DNA from: Chiloscyllium plagiosum
Lineage: Eukaryota
Reading direction: 5' to 3'
Length of the DNA: 64,000 nt
Assembly (NCBI RefSeq): GCF_004010195.1
Contig: NW_025215364.1
Coordinates: forward strand, 47,700-111,699
In this document: piece by piece, positions 38,836 through 52,590 of the stretch
How positions within the stretch are numbered: the first letter of the stretch is position 1
Layout: every line of letters begins with the position of its first letter
The notes under the pieces: model-generated
The model's input: only the letters and a program-made list of their open reading frames with translations
Told to the model about the DNA's origin: nothing
Databases searched by the model: none
Translations under genes and position numbers: made by a program

Positions 38836-41800
38836 GTAAGTCATTCTCTCTCCATTAAAGCAGGTTAGACTGAATTGCTGCTCATACAATTTAAAATTTA
38901 AGTAATTGGAAGTCAACGTTTTCAGTTCCAATCAAAAAATCCACTTCTTAGAAACTATAGCTTGTAAATTACTATTTACAAATTACTCACCAATATGCGA
39001 GGAAGTTACAGATTGTTATAAAACTCCACAATCCTTCTAGCCCTTCACGGGTCTACATTTCCATATCCTCTCCACTCACTAGTTCTGTCCGATACCACCA
39101 TCATGATATCCCCGTCTCCTCCTCAGACTCAGTGCATCTTCTGAGTAAACCATCATTTGTGCCTTTCTAAATCCAGATTCACTCTGCTTTTAGTCCCTTC
39201 TAACCACGTGTCTATTACAAAATTATTGCTCTTGTGATGTTTCTCTTATTCTCGGCACAGAATCTATCGGACAGGAAAATAGTGCCTGGTGCTCAAGTCA
39301 TTCACTCATAATCTCGAGTCACAGAATAATAATCTGTTGATATCACATGAAGGAAATTGATGGCATTGAAATGCAATTACCATCATTAATTATAAGAAGC
39401 CCATCTGCTTATCTCATGTCCCTAAGAGAAGGCAATAGCCCATCCTTCCCTAGTCAGGTCTCTGTGTGTCTGCAAACCCACAGCAATGTGTTTTACTCTT
39501 TACTGTCCTGTGGAACAGCTGAACCAGCCACTCAGTTCAAGATTGACATGACATGCTGGCCTGACAAGGGCTGCACACATCCCGGGAAACAAGAACAAAA
39601 CGAAAGATAGCTTCCTTCCTGTTCCTGTTTCCCATATTCCCACAACTCATTTCCATTTGGATAGGTGATCATTCCATATTTCAAGTGCATTCTTTCTTCG
39701 TCTCTCCCCGAGAATGATGTTAATCCCCATCGGCACCTCTGATGTGACATACAGATTTAAGGAGTGTTTAAATTCCACATCATTCACAGTGTAGCGAGAA
39801 GGAATGGCTTTTTATACCACGGTAAAGAATCGCTGATGTCTAAGTGTGGAAAAAGAGTTATTGTGATCAACCCTGAGAGTGTTGTTGACGCAGTCTTTGG
39901 GATATTGTGGACTGATTTTCTCTCCTTTAAAAGGGATAATCGCCTTTCCAAAGATAGAGTGCAATGGTCTTTCACCAGACTAATCCCTGGGATGGTGGTA
40001 CCACGAGGAGTAAGTGATTATTAATCTCTAGCTCTGTGAGAGAATAAGAGGTGATTGCATTGAAACATGAAGGGCAGCGACAGTCACTCATGATGTCCTG
40101 AACAGACACTGATACGATGAAAAATTCCATGGCTTCCTTTTTACTCGGGTTACACGATTGCCGATAGTTTAAGAGCCTCTGAGAATATTCCCATCACACC
40201 ACTGCACTCCCTATGCCGATTGAGAGAGACAGAGGGCCAGTCTTTGAATAAACTCTCCCCACATTAATACAGTGCAGTTGGTGTGTGATCCTGCACTGAA
40301 CGTCATGTTATGCACGATCCTGACAGCAGCCAAAATACCTTTATTCCCACCAGCTTCTGAACTCCATGGAGGACATGGATCTGACTTCGAGGAGATAGAA
40401 GATATCTCCATGAGACTTGGCACAAAACATTTGGCTTCCTTCCTCACTGCCGGCAAACCCCATTAAAGTATCATATGTTCCACAGGCAACGGAGCCACGA
40501 GGAACATCGTGGAGCTGCCTGAGTGCAGTCCCTGCTCCATTGGTTTGTCACGCTGGAGCATCAATGACACACTCCTATTCCTGCATACTTGTCTCGATGG
40601 GCTGAATGGCCTCCATCTGGTGCCATGGAACAGGTTCAGTCTCTGGTTGAGCTCTGCCTGATCCTGTTTAACAGCTGGATGTACTGACTGGACCCCTCCT
40701 CCTCCTGTGGAACAGGCAGGATTGAATAGGTATCGCTCCTCCTGTGCAGTAGTTTCAATGGGCTGAATTGCTTCCACATATCTGTGTGTAACCAGCTTGA
40801 GATGCTGAATGAGCTCCTCTTTTGACTGTAGAAATGTGCAGTGCCTGGCTTTGTTGTTATATGAATGTTACTTTAACAGCACAAACCTGAATGCTGTCCC
40901 AGTCTTGCTGCACATGGACATATGGTTCAGGAGTTGAGGGGGTCAAAAATATTCTGAACACTGTATGAACTTCCGTGACCATCCTCACTTCTGATCACGG
41001 TGTGGGGGTGGGGGGTGGGGGGGTTGGTGTAGCCATTGATGGAGCAGCTGAAGATGTTTGTGCTGAGGAAGCTACCCTGAGGATCTCCTGAGCCAATGCC
41101 CCGGGACTGAGAGGATTGTCAGTCACCACCCACAAGCATCTTCCTTTGTGCTCTGTAAGACCCCGACCAGTGGAGAGGTTACACCCTATTCTCATTCAGC
41201 TCAAATAAGTAGGTGGTCCCGATGACACCCTCAGTCAAACACTGCCTTGATTTGAAGGCCATTCACGTTTCCTGAAGCTCATGTGTGTCTTTGATATTAA
41301 TATTTTGTCAGGCAATTTATGCATTGCCTTCTGAAATCCAGATATAATACATCTTTCGGATCCCCTTTATTCACCTTTTTTGCCACTTTAAAAAAAAGGG
41401 CAAATCATTCAAGCATGATTTATCCTTAATAAAATCATGTCGACTGTGATGAATCGTGCTTTGACTTTGAAAGTCTGCTGTTGTTAATTTCTTAATAACA
41501 GATTTGAATGATTTGCCTTCATTTACTCATAACTTTTCATTCCCTAGTGAAGTTGGTTATTCGAAGTTATTCCCTTTCTATAACCTTGACAGTCACTTTC
41601 AATTCCTGTGTAACAGGCACAAAGCTGTAAAATATCTGCTCCAATTGCTGTGTAAGAGGCATGAATGGCTGATTGGACTCATTCTGTTCCTGCTTTACAC
41701 ACTTGATGGGCTGAATGTCCTCCTGGTGTTCCTACATTATAAACTCGATGGCTTTCATGTCCTGCGCCTATTCCTGACCATGCCACTCAAGATCTCAATG

Positions 41801-41914
41801 TCCTCCTCCTCCTGTTGCTCAGTGACAGGTTTAGGGACGTATGGAATCTCCCTGCTGTTATGCCACGTTTCGAGGGTTGCCTTGCTCAGGCAACTTGTAT
41901 TGCCCACACTGGGT

Positions 41915-42211
41915 CGATCAGTGGTTAGCACTGCTGCCTCCCAGCACCAGATATCTGGGTTCAATCTCAGTCTCGGTCACTGTCTGAGCGGAGTTTGCAC
42001 ATTCTCCTTGTGCCTGCAAGAGTTACCATCGGATAGTCCAGTTTCCTCCTACAGTTCCAAGACGTGCAGGTTAAGTGGATTAGTCATGGAAAATGTCATG
42101 TTGCAGAGATTGCGTTGGTGGGATTGGGGTTTGTATGGGATAGTTTTCAGCGCATCAGTGTGGAGTCGATTGGCCAAATGGCCTGCTTCCACACTATCGG
42201 GATTCTATGAA
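41915..42211 (+). mobile_element. tRNA-derived SINE, diverged
   Basis: GTGGTTAGCACTGCTGCCTC...GGGTTCAATC...GGATTCTATGA. Confidence 0.7.
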
Positions 42212-45129
42212 TAACACGTTTGTTGCAGAAATCATTTGAGGGAATAATCTGAGTTAATCCCAATCCCAATGTCCTTTACTCAATGAGGAGATTAAATCTA
42301 AGCACATTACTTCAGATGTGATCTCACTAACTTCCTGTACAGCAGCAGCAACACTTTACCATCTTGCTGTAATGTTCCCACTCAGGTTAGAGCAGGCTAG
42401 GCTGTCTGGGGGTATACACAGTATTGTTGAAGATATATGGTGTGTTGACCTTCGGTTCAAGGGGATTTGAGTCCAGGAGCAAGTTTGTCTTCCTACAGTC
42501 GTACATGCCATTGGTGAGACTCAATCTTGAACATTATGCAGTATTGTGTGAAGTTTTGGTCTCCTTACCTAATAAAGTACAGACCTGACATTGAGGGAGT
42601 ACAGCGAAGGATGACCAGACTGATCTCTGGGATGACTGGCTTGTTGTGTGAGCAGAGTTGAGTTTACTGGGCCTGTATTCCATGGGTTTTAGGAAATTGG
42701 GTGAACTATATACATCTCCGACGGGGCGAGAAAGTATGGAAGCAAGGATGATAATTGCCCTGGCTGGAATGGCGAAAACAAGGGCCTACATCGTTAGTTA
42801 CAGACAGGCCAAAGTGCATTGAGATGAGAATAAATGTCTGAACTCAGAGACCGGTGAACCTGGGGACGTTTTGACCACATTAGGCTGTGGAAGTCGAAGC
42901 GCTGAATATAAATAAGGATTTCTAGACACTAAAGGAATGGGAAGAGAGCAGGAGTATGGCGTGGAGATAAAGGATCAGCGATCATTGCAGGTAGTTCTCC
43001 GATAATGCGGCAGCTGTACTCCTGTGGAATACTATATTATGGAAAACCGTGCAATATAAATAACTGGAAAAAGAGGATAAACGGCGAACCTCCAATTGTA
43101 TCAGTAAAAACGAAACCAAAAGTAATAGTCAGCCAAACAATAACAATAGCACAGTCGACATAAATCTTTAAAACATATATTGTAATGAATTAGTACAGTA
43201 AATGTAACAAATTAACACTATCGTCACTGACTACTGCACTGTACCTTTCACCAAGCGTTTCGCCAGAAAGCGCGCAAGCTGACTGACCACGTGATGCCGA
43301 CGCAGAATTCCAGTTCTTTCCAAGTTAATCCCCCCGGTTTGAAATAACGTTCCTTCAAAAAGTAGACTATAAACACAACAGCAGCACCATCTCCACATAG
43401 GGACCTATCAGAAACCACACTGAGCAGGTTATTTTTGTGCTTCTTGACAGCTCTGTCAAAAAGAACTCCCACCAATTTGGCTTTTGTGATGCGACTGAGG
43501 GGGTGATAATTGGACAGATGTAATTATTCTTCTCTTCGGGGACTGCAGGAATGGTGTCAGGGCCCATTGCCTTTGTTGTATCTACTGTGTTCATCTGTTT
43601 CTTCATGTCACGTGCAACGAATCAAATTGGTTGCAAAATGGCATCTGTGGTTCTGTGGGCAGCATGACGAGAGTGAGGTGGATCATCAACTCGACACTTC
43701 TGACTGAAGATGGTGCAGACACTACATCCTTGTCTTTTACACTGGTGTACAGGAATGTTCTATTAAGTAGGATGGGGATATGTGTGGAGTCTTCTCCTCC
43801 AGTGAGTTGTTTAATAGTCCATCGACATTTATGTTTGGATGTGGCAGGACTGCAGAGCTTTGATATGATCGGTTAGTCTTGGGATCATTTTGCTCCTCTG
43901 TATCAGATGTTAGTTCTGCTGTTTGGAATATAGCCAGACAAGTGCGGTAGCTTTAAAGGATTGTCACCTGGTTTAGGCACACATGGTCATTCCCCTGGCA
44001 TGTTCACCCACACTCGTCATGGAACCATAGATTGGCTTGATGGTAATGGTAAACTGAGGGATTATCCTGGGGAAAAAGTTGCAGATTGTGATTGAATACA
44101 GTTCTGCCGCTGCTGTGGTTCCACAGCACCGCATGAATGCCCAGTTTGAGCCCCAATATGGATAATTTAATTCTACTTACTATCCCCCAGTTCACACCAA
44201 GGCCCATTCACCTACCAGCCCTGTACTCAGTGACCTAACCTGGTTTCTGGTGTGGTAACACTTCCATTTTCATATTCTCATTCTGCTGAGGGTTTCTCCC
44301 TGGTATCATGCCTCCAATTTGTTACATTACTCAAGCCTTTACCATATTCATCAGAATCATATCCATTCCTGTAATGCCATCATCGGAGTCGAAGTGAACG
44401 TATTTCCCTCTGTTTCTCTCCCTTGCCATGATTAACAGTTTTGTAGTGTCGGTGGTGCCAGCCTTATGTAGTTTCAGACCCAATGAATGTGTGCACCTTG
44501 TGTTATCGTTCACTTCCCGGTGCCAGGCGCTCCGTGTTGGACGGGACGTTTGAACAGCTTTAAAACACGTCTCTGGAACTTGTTCAAAAAGTGAAATTGC
44601 TGACGAAACTAAGCAGTTCTGGCAGCATCTTGTGGGGTGAAAGCAGATTTAATTTTTTGGGTGCAGTGGTCCTTCCAGAATGCTCCTAGTTTCTCCAGGA
44701 CTATCTGTATTTTTATTTCCAGCATCCAGAGTTATTTGTTTAATTGAAAATTTGTTCTGTGCCTATTCATTTCTGGAGAAACTCAGCAGGTGTGGCAGCA
44801 TCTGCAGAGACAGAGAAACAGAGTTAGAATTTCAAGCCCAGTGTGGCACTTCTTCAGAACTGAAACGGATTGGAAATTGAGCTTTTTAATCCCTTGACGG
44901 AGGGGGTAATGGGTGATGGGGAAATGAGAGTGTTGCAAACTATAAACGAGCTTTGAGGAGTGGTGAATGAGAAGATGATGTGAAATGGCTTTAAATTAAG
45001 AAGTGAATGGGGGAAAGGCGTTCTCTCTATTCAGTGCAGGATAAAGAAGATACAATCACACGAGGTCATAGGGCGGCAAGGAGGGAGAATGTACGAAAAA
45101 TGGAGAACTGCCATAATGGGGTAAGGCTG

Positions 45130-45960
45130 TGAAGTTATGGCATTGAATATTAACTCCTACAGGCTATAACGTACCAAAGTGTAAAGTGAGGTGTTACTTG
45201 AGCTTGGGTTTGCTTCATTGGTACATTGCAGCAGCCCAAGATTGAAATGTTAGCATGTGAGCAAGGTCTGATACTCAAATGGGAAGCAATGAGAGGGTCA
45301 GAATTAATCCTACAGACAGATTGGGAGTGTTCCTCAAAGCAATATCTGTTTGGTCTCCCCACTGTAAGGCACAGTGAGCAGCAATGACAGGAGGCTGGAT
45401 TGAAAGAGTACAAGGTGCTGCTTCACCTGGAAGGAGGTTTTGGGGACTTGGACAGAGATGGGGGGAGGAGGTGAATGGGCAAGTGTTGCAACTACATTAA
45501 TTGCATGGAAGGTGCCATGGGGGAGTAGGGAAGTGTTCGAGATGATGGAGGGTGTCACAGAGGGAATGGTCCCTGTGAAATACTGACAGTGGATGGGTGG
45601 GGAAGATGTGTTTGATGGTGCTATCCTGCTGGAAGTGGTGGAAGTGACGGAGGATGATTCTGTGAATGTGGATTCTAGTACAGTAGGAAGTGAGGACAAG
45701 GGGAGATGTATCGTTGTTCTGGGAAGGACGGGTGGAGTGAGGACTGAAGTGAGGGAGATGGAACAGTCATAGCTGAAGCCTGTCCACCGGAGTTAGGGGA
45801 TTTCTGGTTTGAAGGAAAAAGAGGTCAAGTCAGGGGCAGCTCACAGGAATGTGGCATTATCAAACAGAAACAACAGAGATGGAGAAGGTGGGAGAGTGGA
45901 GTCAGCCTCCGCTGATCCTGTGCTCAGCCACATGCAGAAGTCCCCCCCTGAATATGTGAA
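45130..45960 (-). mobile_element. Penelope-like 3' fragment
   Basis: The reverse strand resembles the 11.8-12.5 kb element, with shorter paralogous pieces at 22.0-22.3 kb and 50.7-50.9 kb. Confidence 0.55.
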
Positions 45961-46789
45961 AAGAACCATATATCTAAACTGAGGATTTCTGTCTTACATC
46001 TGATCTGAAGCAGGATATGGATGAGTGTTCGTGGAGGGCCAGATTTATTATGCTTATTCCAGGGACCATAAGCATATGCCAGGCATGAATTTCAGCTGTG
46101 CTTCATGAATTCTTCACAAAAACTCCTGCCATTGCTGCTCCATCCTCTTCCCTGTTCGTCTCCCCTTCTTGATTCCAGGTTCTCCCTCTCAAATTACAGA
46201 TCACATTCTCTCACATTATGGTCCCTTCTCACTTCACCTGAAGCTCTTTGATCGAGTCTACCTTCCCTACAGTAGCATCAAGCTGCGTTTTGTGCTGCCA
46301 CTTTGCCTCTGGTATCATTGTGGCTCTCCCTCTCCATTCATGATGTTTTATACCTCCCATTCACATCTCATTCCGGAAAGTTTCCTTCTTGGAGTAAACC
46401 TTATTGAAAACACCTCTTCTCCTTTGCACTGAATTCACACTGTGATCCAAATTTCAAAAAGTATACTCAACCTTCATCTCACTCTGCTATAGGCAACTGC
46501 ATGCTTATCATAAGAATTCCCCTTAATACATAGATCTGACCAGAGATGCGTTTTCACTGTAGTGTTCATCACGCCTTTTGGACAAAGGAATTCAGGTGTT
46601 TGACATCTTATTGGTACTCGTACGAGTTTCATACTGCCTTAATATTGTAACACGGAGAAAAACAAATAACAGTTTGAGACTTGGGCTGAGTGTTGTTTAC
46701 CTGTCATTTGAATACAGTTTCAAACTTGCAGTGCTTATTTTAAAATGTTTGTTCTTAAAGTTAGTATCAGATGGCGCCTGGGCGGTTGA

Positions 46790-47170
46790 GGGGTGACATC
46801 ATACAAGTTTATAAAATCATGAGAGGCATGGATAGGGTGAATAGCCAAGGTCTTTTCCACAGAATAGGAGAGTTCAACATGGAGGGCATAGCTTTAAGGT
46901 GAAAGGGGGAAGCTTTAAAAGGGACAATGTCGCAGCGTTTTCGGACAGAGGGTGGTGTGTGTACAGAATGAGCTACCAGAGAAAGTGTGGTAGGTGCAAG
47001 TACAGCTACAACATTTAAAAGACATTTGGACAAACATATGAATGGGAAACGTTTAGAGGCATATGGGACAAAAGCAAGCAGATGGGGCTAATTTAGTCTG
47101 GTAAACCTGGCCAGCATGGATAAGTTGGACCAAAGGATCTTTTTGTGTGCCATAGAACTGTATGATTCTT
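46790..47170 (+). mobile_element. CR1 3' fragment
   Basis: LRGDIIQVYKIMRGMDRVNSQGLF. Confidence 0.8.
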
Positions 47171-48974
47171 AAAAAGGAGGAAAATATATAGAAAATATAT
47201 GATGTAAGCAAATTGGCAAGAAATANNNNNNNNNNNNNNNNNNNNNNNNNNNNNNNNNNNNNNNNNNNNNNNNNNNNNNNNNNNNNNNNNNNNNNNNNNN
47301 NNNNNNNNNNNNNNNNNNNNNNNNNNNNNNNNNNNNNNNNNNNNNNNNNNNNNNNNNNNNNNNNNNNNNNNNNNNNNNNNNNNNNNNNNNNNNNNNNNNN
47401 NNNNNNNNNNNNNNNNNNNNNNNNNNNNNNNNNNNNNNNNNNNNNNNNNNNNNNNNNNNNNNNNNNNNNNNNNNNNNNNNNNNNNNNNNNNNNNNNNNNN
47501 NNNNNNNNNNNNNNNNNNNNNNNNNNNNNNNNNNNNNNNNNNNNNNNNNNNNNNNNNNNNNNNNNNNNNNNNNNNNNNNNNNNNNNNNNNNNNNNNNNNN
47601 NNNNNNNNNNNNNNNNNNNNNNNNNNNNNNNNNNNNNNNNNNNNNNNNNNNNNNNNNNNNNNNNNNNNNNNNNNNNNNNNNNNNNNNNNNNNNNNNNNNN
47701 NNNNNNNNNNNNNNNNNNNNNNNNNNNNNNNNNNNNNNNNNNNNNNNNNNNNNNNNNNNNNNNNNNNNNNNNNNNNNNNNNNNNNNNNNNNNNNNNNNNN
47801 NNNNNNNNNNNNNNNNNNNNNNNNNNNNNNNNNNNNNNNNNNNNNNNNNNNNNNNNNNNNNNNNNNNNNNNNCACATGAATGCCCAGATGGAGCTGCAAT
47901 ATCTGCAATACAATTCTGCTGCCTGTCCTCAATTCACACGGGAACCCTGTCACCCTTCTTCTCTGTACACAGTACCCTATCCCAGTTTCTGATGTGGGAA
48001 CGATTCCTTTTTTAAAAAAATCTCATCCTGTTTGGGTATCTTCATGATGCCTTGCCTCCAGTTCGTCGCATTCCTCAAAAGCATTTAGCATTTTCACCTG
48101 AATCTCTTCCCCTCCGGTAATGGCATCTTCTGTTTAAAGCGAATGTGTTTCCCTCTGTTTCTCTCCATGATCATGATTAAGAGCTCTGTACATGACAGCC
48201 TTATGTAGTTTCAGAACAAATGGATTTGTATACCTTACGTTATCATTCACGTCCTTTTGTATGGCGCTCCATTTTGGACAGGGCGTTAGAGCAGCTTTGA
48301 CACACATGTTTGAAACTTGTTCGATAACAGAAATTGCTGAAGACGCTAACAAGTCTGCCAGCATCTATGGAGTGAAAGCAGATTTAGTCTTTTGGATTCT
48401 GTGATTGTTCTTCAAAGCACCTGGTATCTCCAACAATTTTTGTTTTTGTTTTAGATTTCCTGTATCCAATTATCTTTGCTATAATGAAAATGTGTTCTGT
48501 GACTTTTCATTTTCGAAGGGACTCAGTGGGTCTGACAACATCAGCAGAGACAGAGAAACAATGTTAATGTTTCCTATCCAGTGTAAAATTTCTTCAGAAG
48601 TATAAAGGATTGGAAAGTGAGAGTTTTAGTATCTTAGGCAGAGGTGGGAAAGAGTGATTGGAGGCCCAGTGTGAAGGACAAATGGGCTTTAAATTGTGGT
48701 GATAGAGACACAGATGTGAAATGGATGTAAATTGCTGAGTAATTATTAGAAATGGATTTTCTCTGTTGAGTGCAAGGTAAACAAGACACAGTTATAGGGA
48801 GTCCAGGAGTGACGGTGTATGAGAAATGGAGAACAGCCATAATGGGGTGAGGCTGTGAAGTTATGGAATTGAATATTAACTCATACAGGCTGTAACGTAC
48901 CAAAGCATAAAGTGAGGTGTTACTCGAAATTGGGTTGTGCTTCATTGGAACATTGAAGCAGCCTAAATTTTCTT

Positions 48975-49312
48975 AGAATCCCAACAGTGAGGAAACAGGC
49001 CATTCGGCCCAACAGGTCCATACTGACCCCGCCCCCCAAAGAGTATGCGAACCAAACCCATTCTCTACCCTAATACTATACATTGTTAGGTGACTATTGC
49101 ACCTAACATCCACATCCCTCAACACTATAGGCAATTTAGCATGGCCAGTTCACCTAACCTGCACAACTTTGAACTGTGTGGGGAAACCAGAGCACTCAGA
49201 GGAAATTCACGCAGACACTGATAGAATGTGCAAACTCCATGCAGGCTGTAATTGAACCCACGGCCCTGGTGCTGTGAGGCACCAGTGCAAACCACTGAGC
49301 CACCGTGCCACC
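48975..49312 (-). mobile_element. tRNA-derived SINE (identical copy at about 51420-51758)
   Basis: Ends in CACTGAGCCACCGTGCCACCC, the reverse complement of the SINE head. Confidence 0.75.
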
Positions 49313-49329
49313 CAGAACCAAAATATTAT

Positions 49330-50650
49330 AAGTCCACAAGACTATAGGAGCAGAAATGAAGCCATTTGGGTCCATCGACTCTGCTCCACCATTTGTTCAT
49401 GATTGATAGTTTGGCACCAGTGCAAACCACTGAGCCACCGTGCCACCCAGAACCAAAATATTATAAGTCCACAAGACTATAGGAGCAGAAATGAAGCCAT
49501 TTGGGTCCATCGACTCTGCTCCACCATTTGTTCATGATTGATAGTTTTTCAACCTCATTTCCCTGCTTCCTCTCAGTAACTTTTGATTCGCTTGGCAAAC
49601 AAGAACTTATCTGTCTCTGTTTTAAATATACTTAATGATCTGGTTTCCACATCCTTCTGTGGTAAGGAATTCCATAATTTCAGCACTCTTTGGCTAAAGA
49701 CGTTTCATCTTATCTCCGTTCTAAAGGGTCTTCCTTTTTCTCTAAGCATGTGCCCTCCTGCCAATGCCAACGTCCCCCCAATGTTGTCTGCATCCAGGCC
49801 ATTCAGTATTTTGTAAGTTTCAATTGGATCTCCCCCCATCCTTCTAATCTCCATCGAGTGTAAACCCAGAGTCCTCAAACGTTCCTTATGTGTTAAGCTT
49901 TTCATTTCTAGTGAACCTTCTCGCGACACGCACCAAGACCAATGCATCCTTCCCGAGGCATGAGGCACAAAATACTGGAAATGTGGTCTGACCAGAGCCT
50001 CAGAAAGACTCAGAATCCCCACCTTTATATCCTTCTCCTCTCGACATGAATGACAACATTGTATCTGCCTTCTTAACTACTGACTCAAGCTGCAAGTTTA
50101 TCTGAGGCGAATCCTAGACTTGAAAACCCAAGTCCCTTTGTACTTCAGATTTCTGAAATTTCTTCCCATTTAGTAAATGCATGTCTGTATTCTTCATACC
50201 AAAGTGTATGACCTCACGCTTTCCCACATTGTTTTCCATCTGCTACTCTTAAACTGTCAAAATCATTTGCAGTGCCCCTGCCTCCTCAATACTACATGCC
50301 CCTCCACCTTTCTTTGCATCATCTGCAAACGTAGGCAGAATGCACTCTGTTACGCCACTCAGATCATTAAGCTATAAAGTGAAATGTTGTGGTCCCAACG
50401 CTGATCCTTGTGGAACACTACTAGTCACCGGCTGCCATCCTGAGAAGGACTATTTTATCCCCACTCTGCCTCCAGCCAGACAAGCAATCTTTTATCCATG
50501 CTAGTACCGTGCCTCTAACCCATGGGTCCTTACGTTACACTGCAGCCTCCTGTGCGGTACCTTACCAGAGGCCTTCTGGAAGTCCACATAGATAATTCCC
50601 ATTGGCTCTCCCTGATCTAACCTGCTTGTTACCTCTTCGAAGAATTCTCA
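49330..50650 (-). mobile_element. CR1 RT to 3' fragment
   Basis: ALVRPHFQY...ERLRTLGLHSMEIRRMGGDPIETYKILNGLD. Confidence 0.75.
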
Positions 50651-52373
50651 TTAGTTTGAGAGCAAGGTAGTATATTGAAATGGGGAGCAATCAGAAGGTC
50701 AGGGTCGTTCCTACAGACAGAATGGAGATATTCTTCAAAGCACTTTCTGTTTGGTCTCCCCAATGTAAAGGGGGACTGCATTGTGAGCAGCAATGACAGG
50801 AGACTGGATTGAAAGAGTACAAGTGAAATGCTGCTTCACCTGGAAGTTGTGATTGGGGCATTGGACAGGTATCTCCAACAATTTTTGTTTTTGTTTTAGA
50901 TTTCCTGTATCCAATTATCTTTGCTATAATGAAAATGTGTTCTGTGACTTTTCATTTTCGAAGGGACTCAGTGGGTCTGACAACATCAGCAGAGACAGAG
51001 AAACAATGTTAATGTTTCCTATCCAGTGTAAAATTTCTTCAGAAGTATAAAGGATTGGAAAGTGAGAGTTTTAGTATCTTAGGCAGAGGTGGGAAAGAGT
51101 GATTGGAGGCCCAGTGTGAAGGACAAATGGGCTTTAAATTGTGGTGATAGAGACACAGATGTGAAATGGATGTAAATTGCTGAGTAATTATTAGAAATGG
51201 ATTTTCTCTGTTGAGTGCAAGGTAAACAAGACACAGTTATAGGGAGTCCAGGAGTGACGGTGTATGAGAAATGGAGAACAGCCATAATGGGGTGAGGCTG
51301 TGAAGTTATGGAATTGAATATTAACTCATACAGGCTGTAACGTACCAAAGCATAAAGTGAGGTGTTACTCGAAATTGGGTTGTGCTTCATTGGAACATTG
51401 AAGCAGCCTAAATTTTCTTAGAATCCCAACAGTGAGGAAACAGGCCATTCGGCCCAACAGGTCCATACTGACCCCGCCCCCCAAAGAGTATGCGAACCAA
51501 ACCCATTCTCTACCCTAATACTATACATTGTTAGGTGACTATTGCACCTAACATCCACATCCCTCAACACTATAGGCAATTTAGCATGGCCAGTTCACCT
51601 AACCTGCACAACTTTGAACTGTGTGGGGAAACCAGAGCACTCAGAGGAAATTCACGCAGACACTGATAGAATGTGCAAACTCCATGCAGGCTGTAATTGA
51701 ACCCACGGCCCTGGTGCTGTGAGGCACCAGTGCAAACCACTGAGCCACCGTGCCACCCAGAACCAAAATATTATAAGTCCACAAGACTATAGGAGCAGAA
51801 ATGAAGCCATTTGGGTCCATCGACTCTGCTCCACCATTTGTTCATGATTGATAGTTTTTCAACCTCATTTCCCTGCTTCCTCTCAGTAACTTTTGATTCG
51901 CTTGGCAAACAAGAACTTATCTGTCTCTGTTTTAAATATACTTAATGATCTGGTTCGCCTGTCTTCAAGAAGGGAGCGATTCTTCAAATGTTTAGGTGCT
52001 CCCTTTGTCTGAATGGTGCAGTATATTTGAAGGGCTGAATGGCTTCATGATGTACTTTCATACTGAGTGATTTAAAAAACAACTCTTATCCTTACTCTGA
52101 TGTGTTGTAAACTGGTGGACAAATATTTGCCTGAATTTGGGAATTATTTGGAAAACTATCTGGAACATTCTACAAATAACGTCATCCAGAGAATTCTAGT
52201 TACAGTATTTTCCAGAAGAATTTATACCCATGTAGGGGTAATGTGCAGGCGAGAGTGAGAGAAGATGCTGTATGCAATATTGAGAGTGTTGGAGCATGAC
52301 CCTTGTTCGAGGTAGGTGCTAGAACAGGTATATAGTGAGTGTGAGGGAGCAGAGAGAATACAGTTTCCCTTAT

Positions 52374-52590
52374 CCTTACAGAAAAGGGAAGGTTATTGAT
52401 GTTTGTCCTGCATTGCTGGGAATTCTTTCAGACTGCAGACACAGCACTGAGCTGAGTGGTCAACTCAGACCATGCTCGATGGGCCTGGTGGTGTGACCCC
52501 ATCTGCGAAGAGAATGCCCCCCTCTGTACTAGCCCATCCACCAGGACCTCCTGTCGACAAACTGTGATGTAATTGACCCTTATCAGCCAT
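52374..52590 (-). mobile_element. Decayed Harbinger-type Myb/SANT ORF, copy B
   Basis: Colinear with copy A (ATGGCTGATAAGGGTCAATTAC...ATCAATAACCTTCCC). Confidence 0.6.

Noticed and set aside
40255..40330. HINTVQLVCD resembling the Harbinger transposase HSxNVQxxCD motif
   Set aside because: Isolated short match with no flanking DDE motifs recognisable.
41504..42214. 236-aa ORF
   Set aside because: Non-ATG start, runs through repeat scraps and a SINE, and has no recognisable domain.
42988..43380. Possible Tigger/pogo-like DNA transposon end (CAGGTAGTTCTCC...)
   Set aside because: Only one putative terminus seen, with no matching inverted repeat.
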